Shown here in pieces: positions 25,780 to 38,560 of a DNA stretch of 64,000 nt (position 1 is the stretch's first letter; the number at the start of each line of letters is the position of its first letter). Origin of the DNA: Nemertoderma westbladi. Lineage: Eukaryota; Animalia; Xenacoelomorpha. The position numbers were made by a program, and so were the translations under genes. The stretch covers positions 1 to 64,000 of the forward strand of contig JAUCBJ010004498.1 in assembly GCA_032718475.1 (NCBI GenBank), written 5' to 3'. The notes below the pieces were generated by a model, which was not told where the DNA came from, did no database searches, and saw only the letters and a list, made by a program, of their open reading frames with translations.

Positions 25780-26760
25780 TGCCTAACCAATGCTACCAAG
25801 ATGGATTTCATCATGGAGTGTGGAGCTGATCAAATCTGCGCCGGAGTGAAGGCTGGCATTGAGGAGGGGTCTGTTCATGCGATGTCCACATTGTATGAGG
25901 AGTCCACTACAGATACCGAGTGTGTATGCTCTTAGTGGATGCATCCAATACGTTCAACTCCCTGACCCCCTGAGTCGGCCCGTTGCACACTGGAATGCGC
26001 GTTTGTATTGGTACCGTTGTTTATGGTACCTTTATAATACCTACTGTATAATGGTCATGCTGTTCTCTATTTACAGGGATCCAAAATTCCACTATGGAGT
26101 GCAGAGGGGTTCACCCAGGTTGAACCAGCAGAAATCTTGGAGTATGGGTGTGAAACTCTTCCATTTATTCGATCACCGCGTGATATTGCGTCTGTGGAAA
26201 TCTCTACAAATGCCTCCACTAGTCCAAAAGGTGTACCAACCTTGGAAGATGTTCTCTCCGACTCAGTACAGATCCCAATCAGGCAACCTTCCAACAGCAG
26301 TGTTGGTATGTAGATGATGCGTCTTCTGCTGGTCAATTGGAGGCAGCGCAGAGATGGTGGGATTTATTATTATTGTAGAACGCGGTCCACGTATTGGATA
26401 TAAACCAGAGCCAACAAAATGCTTCCTGCCTGGTGTTTAAGCCTGAGTTACTAAACCATGCGTGTGAGGTGTTTTGTGTCGAGTGGAGTGCACAGCTGAT
26501 TCTGACCACCGCTTTCTTTATGGCTCTATAGGCAATGTCTGGAGACAACACGAGTTCGTATCGGAGAAAGTTGTGAATTGGGTAGCAAGTATTGAGCGAA
26601 TGGTGGAATTCGCGAGTGAGTTCCCTCAGACTGCTGAGGGGGACTACCTGCTGCGCGTGTTTGAGTCCGAGGAACAGGATATCACACATATCCGTTGTGT
26701 TTTGGTCGAGAAATATCTCACCGCATTATTTGAAACAACTCTGAGCAATGAGGATAAACT
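25780..26760 (+). mobile_element. Decayed non-LTR retrotransposon RT, CRE-like clade
   Basis: Frameshifted motifs GADQICAGVKAGIE, LLVDASNTFNSL, WNARLYW, EGFTQVEP (QGDP), QCWYVDDASSAG and GYKPEPTKC. Confidence 0.75.
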
Positions 26761-27238
26761 GTTGGCCCTACATCTTCTTCATATTAGTTGCGATGATTAC
26801 CTTTAAGACTGCTCTGATATTAAAATCAAAATGAGCCTCTATTTTTCTGTCAATGTAATTTCATTGTACTGTACAGTATATTGGTTATTTGCTGTTAAAT
26901 TAGTAGTAATAAGCCTCTGCTGTATGTACATTGCTTGTATGCAGTATATTATGATCTATACTGTTGGAGTGTTGGTACACCTTGCATTGCGATTAGGTCA
27001 GTAATTATTGATGAAACAGCGTGAAACATTATGCTATGTAAGGCGGAGAGTGTAATTTCTATCAAATATTATTTCACAGAAATCGTGTCATACCGGTACC
27101 TTTCATACAATCATTAGTTAAATTTTTACTGGAACTATCAGGTTTATGTTAGTTATTATAAATATAGATAAATATTATTCCACAAAATTTGGGTAAACGA
27201 TTTATAACAGCTACTGTACTTTTCAGGAATAAACATTG

Positions 27239-27406
27239 AACTTTAGTCCTACTTACTTATATAACTTTAGTCCTACTTACTTATATAACTTTAGTCCTAC
27301 TTACTTATATAACTTTAGTCCTACTTACTTATATAACTTTAGTCCTACTTACTTATATAACTTTAGTCCTACTTACTTATATAACTTTAGTCCTACTTAC
27401 TTATAA
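27239..27406. repeat. 24-bp minisatellite (aactttagtcctacttacttatat) x7
   Basis: Exact period of 24 from 27241 to 27385. Confidence 0.95.
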
Positions 27407-28754
27407 CATATTATTATTATTACATACATATACATACGTATATACATGTCATCATATACATATTATTACATGAAATACAAAGCTTTATTTCCATCCCCAT
27501 ATGATGTAAAATTAACCTCTCATTGCAGGGTCAACCGGAAAAACAACTTTTTCCATTTACTGTACAGTTAAATTATTATAATTTAATAAAGGTAGTAAAA
27601 GTAATGGAACTGTGGTCAAAGATAATGCAGAGCTAACCTAGCCAATCTAGCTGTGAAGTGAGTGGAACTGGACTTACTTCGATTTTGCCACTTTTTTATG
27701 CTTCGCTTTGCTATCATTGTCGTCGACTTTGGGTTTATTTCGGAGATATTGATCTATCATACTGTCCTTATACCTCTGTCCTCCAGCAGAAGCTGCCGCC
27801 GCCTGCAATGAGAAGGTAAGATTAATTAACGCGAAATTAAATCACAACCGTAATTGATTTACTTTACTTAATAAATAAAATAAGGTTAAATAACCTAATT
27901 TGAACTTTTATATTAACTTGAAGAATTGGATATAAAATTGGAACCTTAAAAACAAACCAATATGCCGCTTAAACGAGGCATAGGCATTATTGCCAACCCC
28001 CCCCCCCCCCCCCCCACGCACCCCCGCCTACCAAGTTCCACAGTTCACATATGTTGTGTAAATTCATAAGTACTGACATATTAATTATTTACAAATTAAT
28101 TGAGATTCTTAGTTGATAAATGAATCAATTACAAATTGATTCATCTCAAACAACTTTGAAAAAAAAAATTTGAAAACTCAATAAAAAAGGTCAAAATTAT
28201 GAATATTACAAGATACAATATTAAGTATTTAATTTATTTACTAAGAAATGCGAATTTCAAGTAGTTATATGATATTAGACATCCACGACTTTAAAGAGAT
28301 TGTGATATTAATATGAAAACAATAAAATAGGACATGTTGGTGGGGCGTCGCGCAGTACGCGAACATGAGCATTCAAATATAAGAAAAGGGCACACCATTT
28401 AGCTAAAGGTTTATTTATAGGGATTTTCTCTTATAATTCATTTCGACTTCGAGAGTCAGCTTGAGTTCCAAATTGTTTGCTTGGTTGTCTTGTTGTCGGT
28501 TATATTTTGACAGACAGACTGACAGGCATACAGACAGAAACGACGAGGCCAGATTTGAATTCTGACATCAGAAACAAAGTCACGGTCCAAGAAAACCCAT
28601 ATAGGAAAGTTTTTAACCATAACCATATACTGTATTATGTAGATGGAATATAAAATATTGAAAGCCAGTACACCCCCCCCCCCCCCCCCCCCCACACACA
28701 CACCCTAAATGCTGCAGCATAGCCCAATCCCGTCTTACATCCTTGACTGGTCGA

Positions 28755-29290
28755 TATATCTGGCGATCTGCCTTGCCACGGCATGACTGGTCCTCTCTGT
28801 TGCAACAGCCAAGTGTGAGATCCAGCTTCACACTACAGCTGAGCAACAGGTATGAGGCTCTTGCCTCTGAGGCGGCAGATCACTGTGAGGGCTATACTGC
28901 CTTCACAGAAGCAGTTAAGTTAACAGCTGCAGAAACAGTTCCTGTATACCCTCGGAACAGGAAAAAGGCCCCCTGGACTGACCACAGAATTCGGAAGAGC
29001 CTAAATAACCTCTCTAACGCGCAGAATGAGTACCGACTCGGGCACACGAGGACAGCCCAGGATGCAGTTAAGGCTACGGCTACATCTAGGTACCTTAACA
29101 GGCAGTACCTGTAGGAGCATATCAATAGGCAGGTTGATGCTAGTAGCAATGCTGATGATAGCAGACAATCAGCCCAGGCATTGCAATCAATAAACCTGCT
29201 CACTGGTAGGAAAAGTCAACCAACCACCAAAGTTAAGGCTGAATCTCCAGCTGAATGCATCAAAGGTTGGAAGTACCACTTTGAGAACTA
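28755..29290 (+). mobile_element. RTE-clade LINE fragment (endonuclease-RT linker region)
   Basis: Peptide DWSSL..FTLQLSNRYEAL..AAETVP..KKAPW..WKYHFE typical of the RTE linker; contains stops/frameshifts. Confidence 0.65.
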
Positions 29291-30822
29291 CTACTACTAG
29301 GATCGGCATGCTGCATTGCAGCTGCATTTTTAAGAATGCTGTGCCGGCTTGTCGACAAAATTGCGCCACCACAACTTCCTATCACCCATGACATTTGCTA
29401 GATCATCCGCATCTTCAAAGCCAGTATCCTTTAAGATGCGTCTCAAGAAAGTCATGGGCTGTCCACCATGCTTATTCACTTCATGAGGCTGCCAAAGTAC
29501 AAGATTATGCACTGGCTGGTCCTCACGGCGAAAGCAATGTCCTGCAAAGCGGAGGCGATTTTGTTCTAGTGTCAAGCTTGGGGGAACCAATGAGACACCT
29601 CCAATGTTATATAGTGTCTGGTTGGAGATGTGTGCATTGTACTTGACACAATGAACCCGGCGTAGCATTCTTGTGAATGTGCCATCCAGAGATTTGGTGT
29701 CCTCAGCAGTTAGAGCCCAAAATGGACTCCCATAGAGGAGTACTGGAACTACTGCTGCTCTAAATAATCGGACCTTAAGTATCCGATTAATTCTCGGTGA
29801 CTTCCAAATCCTGGAGAGAATATTCAAGGGTGCCCATGCCTTTCCCTTACGTATTCGAAGGACCTCACCTGACTTCCGGATCCATGATCCCAGGTAACAG
29901 AAATCGTCCACATGCTCAAGCATACCATCCATTGAACATATGCTCATCCGATCAGAGACTTGCTGAGGACTTTTAAAGTTAACTGTGAAAATTTTGGTCT
30001 TTCTGGAGTTAATAAAAAGACCAACACTAGAAGCAGCATGTTCTAATGAGCTGAGGAGCCGTTGGGCTCCCTCTAGTGATTCTGAGAGTACTCCTAAGTC
30101 ATCAGCAAAGTCTAGATCAGTTAGGTACTTGGCAGGATTTCCTTGACTTCTGGATCCAGTAGGTGGAGTTATCATCACCCCATCATCATTATGATGATCT
30201 AAGGGCATGCGTAGAACATAGTCAACCACAATTATGAACAAGAATGGTGCAAGTGTGTCTCCCTGGAGGACGCCCCATAACACTTCAAATGGTTCTGTGT
30301 CACCGTCAACAGTAGACACAATAATGTTGTCGAACCATCATATACTGATCTGATTGCTGCAATAATTTCATCAGGAATCCCATATAATGAAAGTATGCTG
30401 AACATACGTGAGCAAGAGACTGAATCAAAGGACTTAAAGAAGTCAACAAAGATAACAGCCAGATGCCTGTCTTTCTTTTTGATAACTCTTCAATTATCCT
30501 TCTAAGTGCCAAAATGGGCTCCATGGTCCTACGACCTTTACGGAACCCATTCTGATTTCCACGGAGCAGTTTCTCAATGGGATCCCTGATGCGATTTAAT
30601 AGAATTCTATTGTATAGCTTTGCAGCAATAGAGATCAATGAGATTCCCCGAAAAGAACCATAGAGTGTTAGGTTGCCCTTCTTGGGAACTGGCACCAACT
30701 TATTTGTTTTCATTTCTTGTGGGACTCTTGTTGTTCGGTACATGTATGCTATGATGGGATAGATAAGCTTTAAACACTCAGGTATTTTAAAGACCTCAGG
30801 GGGAACACCATCTACTCCACTG
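29291..30822 (-). mobile_element. RTE-clade LINE, RT domain through 3' end, frameshifted
   Basis: VPVPKKG, FRGISL, NQNGFR, VLQGDTLAP, FADD, YLGS, LLYGS and RLRFAGHC motifs; (TAG)n-like tail near 29288-29300. Confidence 0.92.
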
Positions 30823-31850
30823 GCCAGTGTCCTTTAAGATGCGTCTCAAGAAAGTCATGGGCTGTCCACCATGTTTATTCGCTCCATGAGGAGCCAAAAT
30901 ACCGCATTACACACTGGCTGGTCCCCACAGTGAAAGCAATGTCCTGCAAAGCGGAGGCGGTTCCGTTCAAGTGTCAAGCTAGGGGAGATTAATGGAAGAC
31001 CTCCAATGTTGTATAGAGTCTGATTGGAGATGTGTTCATTGTACTTGACACAATGAACCCGACGCAGCATTCTTGTTAAAGTGCCATCCGGAGATTTGGT
31101 ATCCTCTGCAGTTAGAGCCCAGCATGGACTCCCATATAAGAGTACTGGTACTACTGCTGTCATAAATAATCGAATATTAATGTTCCGTTTAATTCTATGG
31201 GACTTCCAAATTCTGGACAGACTATTTAACGCTGCCCATGCCTTTCCCTTACGTATCCGAAGGTCTTCACCAGACTTTCTGATCCATGATCACAAGTAGC
31301 CGAAGTCATCCACGTGCTCAAGCAAGCCATCCTTAGAGCTTATGCCCTTACGATCAGACATTTCTCGGGGGCTGTCTAGGTTGACTGTCATGATTTTGAT
31401 TTTCTTGGAATTTACAAAAAGACCAACACTAGAAGCAACCTGTTCCAATGAGCAGAGGAGAATTTGGATTCCCTCTAGAGATTCTGACAGTACCCTTAAG
31501 TTATCAGTAAAGTATAGATCAGTAAGGTACTTTGAGGGATTTCCTCTACTTCTTGTGCCAGTGTTACCATCACCCCATCTTTATTAAGATGGTCTAAGAA
31601 CATGCGTAGAACATAGTCAACCACAATTATTATTAAAGTGTGTCTCCCTGGAGGACGCCCGATAACACTTCAAATGGTTCTGTGTCACCATCAACAGTAG
31701 ACACAAATGTGGCGGAACCTTCGTACAGTGATCGGATAGCTGTAATACCTTCCTCAGGAATCCCATATTCTGCCAGTACGCTGAACATACGTGGTTGGGA
31801 GACTGAGTCGAAGGCTTTAAAGAAGTCAACAAGGATAATAATAGCCATAA
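30823..31850 (-). mobile_element. Second, degraded copy of the same RTE family
   Basis: VDFFKAFDSVS, GVLQGDTL and LLYGSPCWALTAED; nucleotide similarity to 29430-30450. Confidence 0.9.
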
Positions 31851-32085
31851 GAAAGCTAATGAATTGAGAAGGCATCAATTAAAAAAACAATTCAAGCAAA
31901 TTAAAGAAACTCAATTCTAACTAATTATAATGGTCAAAATTATGGAAGTTCCATTAAAAGATTTATATTTATCTTCAAATGCATCAATCAATGCTCTTAA
32001 GAATTTTAGCAAAATCAAGTTCCAAATCATTGAACCAATACTAGAATGCCATTTTCCACAAAGTAAAACGATTCTAATCAACAGG

Positions 32086-33567
32086 CTACAGTCGTGATAC
32101 GGCATTAATGTTGTACTGTTTAGGAAGGAAAGTAAATCCAGGTTGTATGTCAGTTAAGCTTGGTAAACCGTCATCCGTAGCAATCCAACTGAACCGATGT
32201 AACAGATGACTCGCCATTATCCTTAACTCCATCTTCGCGAGTTTCTCTCCCAAACAAATTCGAGGCCCTATTCCAAAAGGAATAAATTCCGGTTTGATTA
32301 TTAAACTGTTTCCGTCATCAGACAGGAAATGTTCCGGGTAAAATTCGTCTGGTTTTTTCCAGGCTTGTGGGTCTCTCATTGTCGCCCAGATGTTGGCGAA
32401 AATCATGACATCCTGAGGAATGGTGTATCCACGGAACTCTTCGTCCTTATGGCAACAATGTCCAACACTTTGGGGTACAACTGACGCAAAACGCAAGGTC
32501 TCAAACAAACATGCATCCAGATAGGGTATCTTAATAACATCATTTAATTTTGGCATCCGGTCCCTTCCAACAGCTTCATCTAGAAGTCGTTGACATTTCT
32601 TCTGTATGACGGGATAAGTAGCCATTATCAATATAAACCAATAAAGACTAGAGGCAGTCGTTTCTGTTCCAGCCATGAAGAGATCTCTAACGTTCATAAC
32701 AAGATTGGAATCATCAAAATATTTGGCATTTGAATCCTTCGCCTCCAAAAGGTTGTGTTCTTTCATAATGTGTGCATCAATGAAATCTCTTGGAGACTCC
32801 TCAAAATCAATTGTTTCTTTGTGATCATTTATAATGGCCTTTAGTTTTGCCTCCAATTGTCTCATGCACCGTAATATTGTTGAGTAGTAGCTATTTGGAA
32901 ACTTTTTGGCAATTCTACGTGGAACCAAAGCTCCTATGCCAGGTGACACGTTTCTAACCACTGAGGAAACACGGTTTAAAAGGTCCTCAAAGTCCTCATC
33001 ATTGTATTTGAATCGGTCCAGAAACACAATTGAACAAATTACATTGGAAACTGCCTTCGTAAAAAAAGAGAAAGTATCAAATTTACCATGGGTAGGTATC
33101 GCTTCACAGAGCATCTCAGCTTCACAAAAAACTCTTTCCTCGAAACTTTTGCTTCCCAGACCCAATTCTCGGAGAATAGAGTGCGTAAACTTCCGTTGCT
33201 GGGTCCAATGCGCACCGCTACTCTGTAGAACTCCTCCTACTGCCAGACTTGAGATCCGCTGTCGGTTTGAGAACTTGTGTTTGTTGTCAACGAAAGCCTC
33301 TGTAATACATGACAACGTGTTCAAGATAATAAGAGATACATGTCCGACCCGGACACGTATAATATCAGAGTTGATCTCTTCCGACCATTTTTTGAACTGA
33401 TAAACCATTCCTCGTTTCCTCATCGACAATGCGTTGCCTAGCAGAGGGATTCCTGGAGGCGAAGGGGGCAACTTTCCTACATGTTTCCATGTTGACCAGA
33501 TGTAAATCACTATGGTTACAAAACAAAACAATGCAATAGCGTAGGGATCAAACATTATACAGATCAT
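32086..33567 (-). CDS. Cytochrome P450, CYP2 clan, intronless (copy A)
   Basis: N-terminal anchor, PPSPPG hinge, WTQQR, AGTETT, ETLR, PEHF and heme motif FGIGPRICLG; first ATG at 33567 (ORF track starts at a TTG). Confidence 0.96.
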   Translation of the reverse strand: MICIMFDPYAIALFCFVTIVIYIWSTWKHVGKLPPSPPGIPLLGNALSMRKRGMVYQFKKWSEEINSDIIRVRVGHVSLIILNTLSCITEAFVDNKHKFSNRQRISSLAVGGVLQSSGAHWTQQRKFTHSILRELGLGSKSFEERVFCEAEMLCEAIPTHGKFDTFSFFTKAVSNVICSIVFLDRFKYNDEDFEDLLNRVSSVVRNVSPGIGALVPRRIAKKFPNSYYSTILRCMRQLEAKLKAIINDHKETIDFEESPRDFIDAHIMKEHNLLEAKDSNAKYFDDSNLVMNVRDLFMAGTETTASSLYWFILIMATYPVIQKKCQRLLDEAVGRDRMPKLNDVIKIPYLDACLFETLRFASVVPQSVGHCCHKDEEFRGYTIPQDVMIFANIWATMRDPQAWKKPDEFYPEHFLSDDGNSLIIKPEFIPFGIGPRICLGEKLAKMELRIMASHLLHRFSWIATDDGLPSLTDIQPGFTFLPKQYNINAVSRL

Positions 33568-35034
33568 CAAATATATAAGAAGTAAATTAGCGAATTTGGT
33601 ACATTAAAAGTTAAATAAAATAATTATGAATTTATATATTATATAGTTGGGAAAATTTTACTAAATAAAATACGAGTTGTCTTGGTAAGAATTTTCATTT
33701 TTGAGAAGTGAAATAGTGATAGAAGAAGCATGCGAGTGGTCGAAATACCCCACATGTTATGGAGAAGCACATTATCTTTACGTTCTCTTCCATGAACCAG
33801 CTGGTGCGATTCGATGTGTTGATAAGACGGATTCATGGGAAGAGCCTCATATGCTGATTAGGATTAGACTAGACGAAGGTGGATCAACAAACTCATTGTC
33901 TGTGCTTTCGGCGGAATGGAGCTTTCTATACTATTTTATTTTCTATCTATTATATTTTCATAGAATAAGACAATGGTAGTTGCCTTATCTGTTTCTGTAT
34001 TCCAAACAACTATCAACCAATAGCAATGTGCTAGAATTCCTAGAATTTACCACGAATCACCCCAGAACCTACCGTGTAGAACCCCCAATGTCACTCACTG
34101 GGTTTCTACTGCATTGGCATTCAATGTGGGAAACCCCAGGGTAAACGCGGAACAAATACGGTCTGTGTTCTATACAGAGATTAAATGAATCTTCAGTTTA
34201 GTTTATAATTCTTATCAGCGAATCAAATCAAATCAAATTAAACAATGGCAATATTATTTTTATTATATATGAATTTTCGGACAAAGTTCACGTAGCACAA
34301 CCTCTCGACTGCCACATGTATTGCACACTACATTGTAGGTTCTGGGGTAATTCGTTATGAATTCTGGGAATTCTATCACTTTTTAATTGGTTGATAGTGA
34401 CTCACTGGCACTGCGGTCGATAAATATAAAAATGTCTTCAATCCACCCCCATTGTCTTATTCTATGAAAATAGAATAGGGGTATTGGGGTAGGAGGGTTC
34501 TGTGTGGAGAGGCGCATTCCTATCTCGTAATACTCCTAATTGTAATATTACAATTATACTAAATTTAGCAAATTTAGCTAAGGGATGGCTTGGCATGCGC
34601 CATTCCTAAAGCACAGACAATGAGGTGATTATATTCCACCGCGTCTAATCAAATCCTAATCAGCATTTCTTGCTCTGAATCCGTCTCATCAACACATAGA
34701 ATCACACCATAGGAGAACATAAAGTAGAGAATGGGTGGGGATGAGGGGGCGGGTTGGGTTGGTGGAGGTTGTGGGAGAATATTATGCTTCTCCAACCTGG
34801 GTGGGGTTATATACCCAATACCCATTTCGACTCTAATTCGCTCAATTCTTCTATCACATATTTCAATTTTATTCCACTTACTCACAAAAATGTAGCAGTG
34901 TCTTTACCAAGACAACTCGCATTTTATTTAGTAAAAATATCCCAACTAATTTTAATATTAATTCAACTTTTACACATAATTATTTAGTTTATTTTTAATT
35001 CACTATATTCGCTAATTTAAATCTTAAATATTTG

Positions 35035-36516
35035 ATGATCTGTATAATGTTTGATCCCTACGCTATTGCATTGTTTTGTTTTGTAACCATCGTGATTTAC
35101 ATCTGGTCAACACGGAAACATGTAGGAAAGTTGCCCCCTTCGCCTCCAGGAATCCCTCTGCTAGGCAACGCTTTGTCGATGAGGAAACAAGGAATGGTTT
35201 ATCAGTTCAAAAAATGGTCGGAAGAGATCAACTCTGATATTATACGTGTCCGGGTCGGACATGTATCTCTTATTATCTTGAACACGTTGTCATGTATTAC
35301 AGAGGCTTTCGTTGACAACAAACACAAGTTCTCAAATCGGCAGCGCATCTTAAGCGCACCAGTAGGAGGAGTTCTGCAGAGTAGTGGTGCGCATTGGACC
35401 CAGCAACGGAAGTTTACGCACTCTATTCTCCGAGAATTGGGTCTGGGAAGCAAAAGTTTCGAGGAAAGAGTTTTTTGTGAAGCTGAGATGCTCTGTGAAG
35501 CGATACCTACCCATGGTAAATTTGATACTTTCTCTTTTTTTACGAAGGCAGTTTCCAATGTAATTTGTTCAATTGTGTTTCTGGACCGATTCGAATACAA
35601 TGATGAGGACTTTGAGGACCTTTTAAACCGTGTTTCCTCAGTGATTAGGAACGTGTCACCTGGCATAGGAGCTTTGGTTCCACGCAGAATTGCCAAAAAG
35701 TTTCGAAATAGCTACTACTCAACAATAGTGCAGTGCATGAGACAATTGGAGGCAAAACTAAAGGCCATTATAAATGATCACAAAGAAACAATTGATTTTG
35801 AGGGGTCTCCAAGAGATTTCATTGATGCACACATTATGAAAGAACACAACCTTTTGGAGGTGAAGGATTCAAATGCCAAATATTTTGATGATTCCAATCT
35901 TGTTATGAACGTTAGAGATCTCTTTATAGCTGGAACAGAAACGACTGCCTCTAGTCTTTATTGGTTTATATTGATAATGGCTACTTATCCCGACATACAG
36001 AAGAAATGTCAACGACTTCTAGATGAAGCTGTTGGAAGGGACCGGATGCCAAAATTGAATGATGTTATTAAGATACCCTATCTGGATGCATGTTTGTTTG
36101 AGACCCTGCGTTTTGCGTCAGTTGTACCCCAAAGTGTTGGGCATTGTTGCCATAAGGACGAAGAGTTCCGTGGATACACCATTCCTCAGGATGTCATGAT
36201 GTTCGCCAACATCTGGGCGACCTTGAGAGACCCGCGAGCCTGGAAAAAACCTGATGAATTTTACCCGGAACATTTCCTCTCTGATGACGGAAACAGTTTA
36301 ATAATCAAACCGGAATTTATTCCTTTCGGAATAGGGCCTCGAATTTGTTTGGGAGAGAAACTCGCAAAGATGGAGTTAAGGATAATGGCGAGTCATCTGT
36401 TACACCGGTTCAGTTGGATTGCTACGGATGACGGTTTACCAAGTTTAACTGACATACAACCTGGATTTACTTTCCTTCCTAAACAGTACAACATTAATGC
36501 CGTATCACGACTGTAG
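35035..36516 (+). CDS. Cytochrome P450, CYP2 clan, intronless (copy B; inverted duplicate of A)
   Basis: Same motifs; about 17 aa differences from copy A by eye; first ATG at 35035. Confidence 0.96.
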   Translation: MICIMFDPYAIALFCFVTIVIYIWSTRKHVGKLPPSPPGIPLLGNALSMRKQGMVYQFKKWSEEINSDIIRVRVGHVSLIILNTLSCITEAFVDNKHKFSNRQRILSAPVGGVLQSSGAHWTQQRKFTHSILRELGLGSKSFEERVFCEAEMLCEAIPTHGKFDTFSFFTKAVSNVICSIVFLDRFEYNDEDFEDLLNRVSSVIRNVSPGIGALVPRRIAKKFRNSYYSTIVQCMRQLEAKLKAIINDHKETIDFEGSPRDFIDAHIMKEHNLLEVKDSNAKYFDDSNLVMNVRDLFIAGTETTASSLYWFILIMATYPDIQKKCQRLLDEAVGRDRMPKLNDVIKIPYLDACLFETLRFASVVPQSVGHCCHKDEEFRGYTIPQDVMMFANIWATLRDPRAWKKPDEFYPEHFLSDDGNSLIIKPEFIPFGIGPRICLGEKLAKMELRIMASHLLHRFSWIATDDGLPSLTDIQPGFTFLPKQYNINAVSRL

Positions 36517-37214
36517 CTGTTTATTTTTGAATCGTTTTACTTTGTGGAAAATGGCATTCTAGTATTGGTTCAATGATTTGGAACTTGATTTTACTAAAAT
36601 TCTTAAGAGCATTGATTCATGCAATTGAAGATAAATATTTAATGGAACATCCATAATTTTGACCATTATAATTATTTAAATTTTAATTGTTGATTTGTTG
36701 ACTTGTTTTTATAATTAATGCATACTCAACTCAACTTAGTTGTGTTATTGTTTGTTCAATTAGATATAAGATTTCATTACATTGGCATTAATTTTCTTTC
36801 GAATTTCTTAGTTTAGTTATCTACTCTAAGTTCCAATCACTATGTTCCATGATTTGAAATACATTTTTTCATTATGTTCCCATTAGTTTATCATTAGTTC
36901 AGGTCCCCGTACGAATATACATCCACCCCAACACCATAATTTATCATTTACCCCAAAACATCTTTATTTATGGTTTAAGGCTGCACAAATTTTTAAAAAC
37001 AAAAATAGAGCATGTGGAATCAGGGTTATTTTTAATATATCTTTAATTATTATGATAATGGACCTGCCATGGCAAAGGACAATAACTACAAATACTAAAC
37101 TATTGTTGACCTTGACACTATGCCTTGAATGATATGCCACCTGCACTGAACCACAACAAAACATGACACCAGAGGGTCAACATATCATGACATGAGATTT
37201 ACAAGTATACAGCA

Positions 37215-38560
37215 GTACCACAAAATAGCCACAACTTCCCATCACCCATGACATTTACTGGATCCCCCGCATCTCCAAGGCCAGTGTCCTTTAAGAGGGG
37301 TCTCAAGAAAGTCATGGGCACCGATTTATTCTAAGGGACTTACAAACACTTGACAGACTATTCGATGCTGCCCATGCCTTCCCCTTACGTATCCGAAGGT
37401 CCTCCCTCACCTGCCTTTCGGATCCTTGATCCCAAGTAGCAGAAGTGATCCACGTGTTCAAATAAGCCATTCCTGGAGCTTATGCTCATACGATCAGACA
37501 TTTCCTGAGGGTTGTCAAAGTTCACTGTCAAAATTTGGGTTTTCTGGTATTTTATAAAGTGACCACTACTTTTCATAGGCTCGTCCAATGAAAAGAGGAG
37601 CCTTTGGTCTCCCTCCAGTGATTCGGACAGTACTCCTAGGTCATCGACAAAGTCTATCTCAGCAAGGTACATGGCTGGATTTTATCTACTTAATGTGCCA
37701 GTTGGGGGCGTTTGCATAACCCCATCTATATTAAGGTGGTATAAGGACATGCGAAGAACATAATCCACCACAATTTTGAATAAGAATGGTGCAAGTGAGT
37801 CACCCTAATACACTCCCCTTTATACTTTTAATGGATCTGTGTTACCATCAATAGTAAACACAAATGTTGTGGAACCATCGTACAGTTATCCCATAGCTGC
37901 AATAATTCCCTCAGAAATAATATGCTGCAAGTATGCTGAACATACATGGTCCGGAGACTGAATCGAAGGCCTTAAAGAAGTCAACAAAAATAACAGCTTG
38001 ACGAATGTCATTCTTTGTTGATAACTTTTCAATTATCCTTCGAAAGTTATTTGTTTTCATTTCTTGACGGACTCTCATGTCTATGGCAATTGGGTGAATG
38101 AAATCCCAAAACTCAGAAATGTTAAAAACCTCTGGGAGAACGCCATCTACACCACTGTCACGATTGGTCGTGATGCCCTTTGCAACAGTCTTATATTTCA
38201 GCAAGTGAGACGTCACCAATAATGGGGACATCTATGAGCACAGATTCAGACACAAGATGCACCACAAAGTTATCAGGCAATATCCTGTCATTGTTTAGGA
38301 GTTTCTCAAAGTGAGACTTCCTATCATTGAGGCTTTCAGTTCGAGATCCTGCAGGAGCTGATTGGTACGTTTCGTCCTGCACAGGTGGCTTTCTAAAGTA
38401 GCTGAGTCGGAATATGGCAATATAGTGAAAGTACCAAAGGGACACTGATTGTGGAAATGAGATCCCTCCAGTCTTCTCGATTCTTTATAGTTGTCGCGAT
38501 CCTTTTCACAATTTTCGCGTTTCACAATCCTTTGAAGTTGGTCTATATTATACTGTATGT
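37215..38560 (-). mobile_element. Third, internally deleted copy of the RTE family
   Basis: SGVDGVLPEVF, VDFFKAFDSVS, DFVDDLGVLSES and YLGS fragments. Confidence 0.88.

Noticed and set aside
32906-35696. 164-aa antisense ORFs at 32906-33400 and 35202-35696
   Set aside because: Shadow ORFs of the duplicated P450 coding sequences
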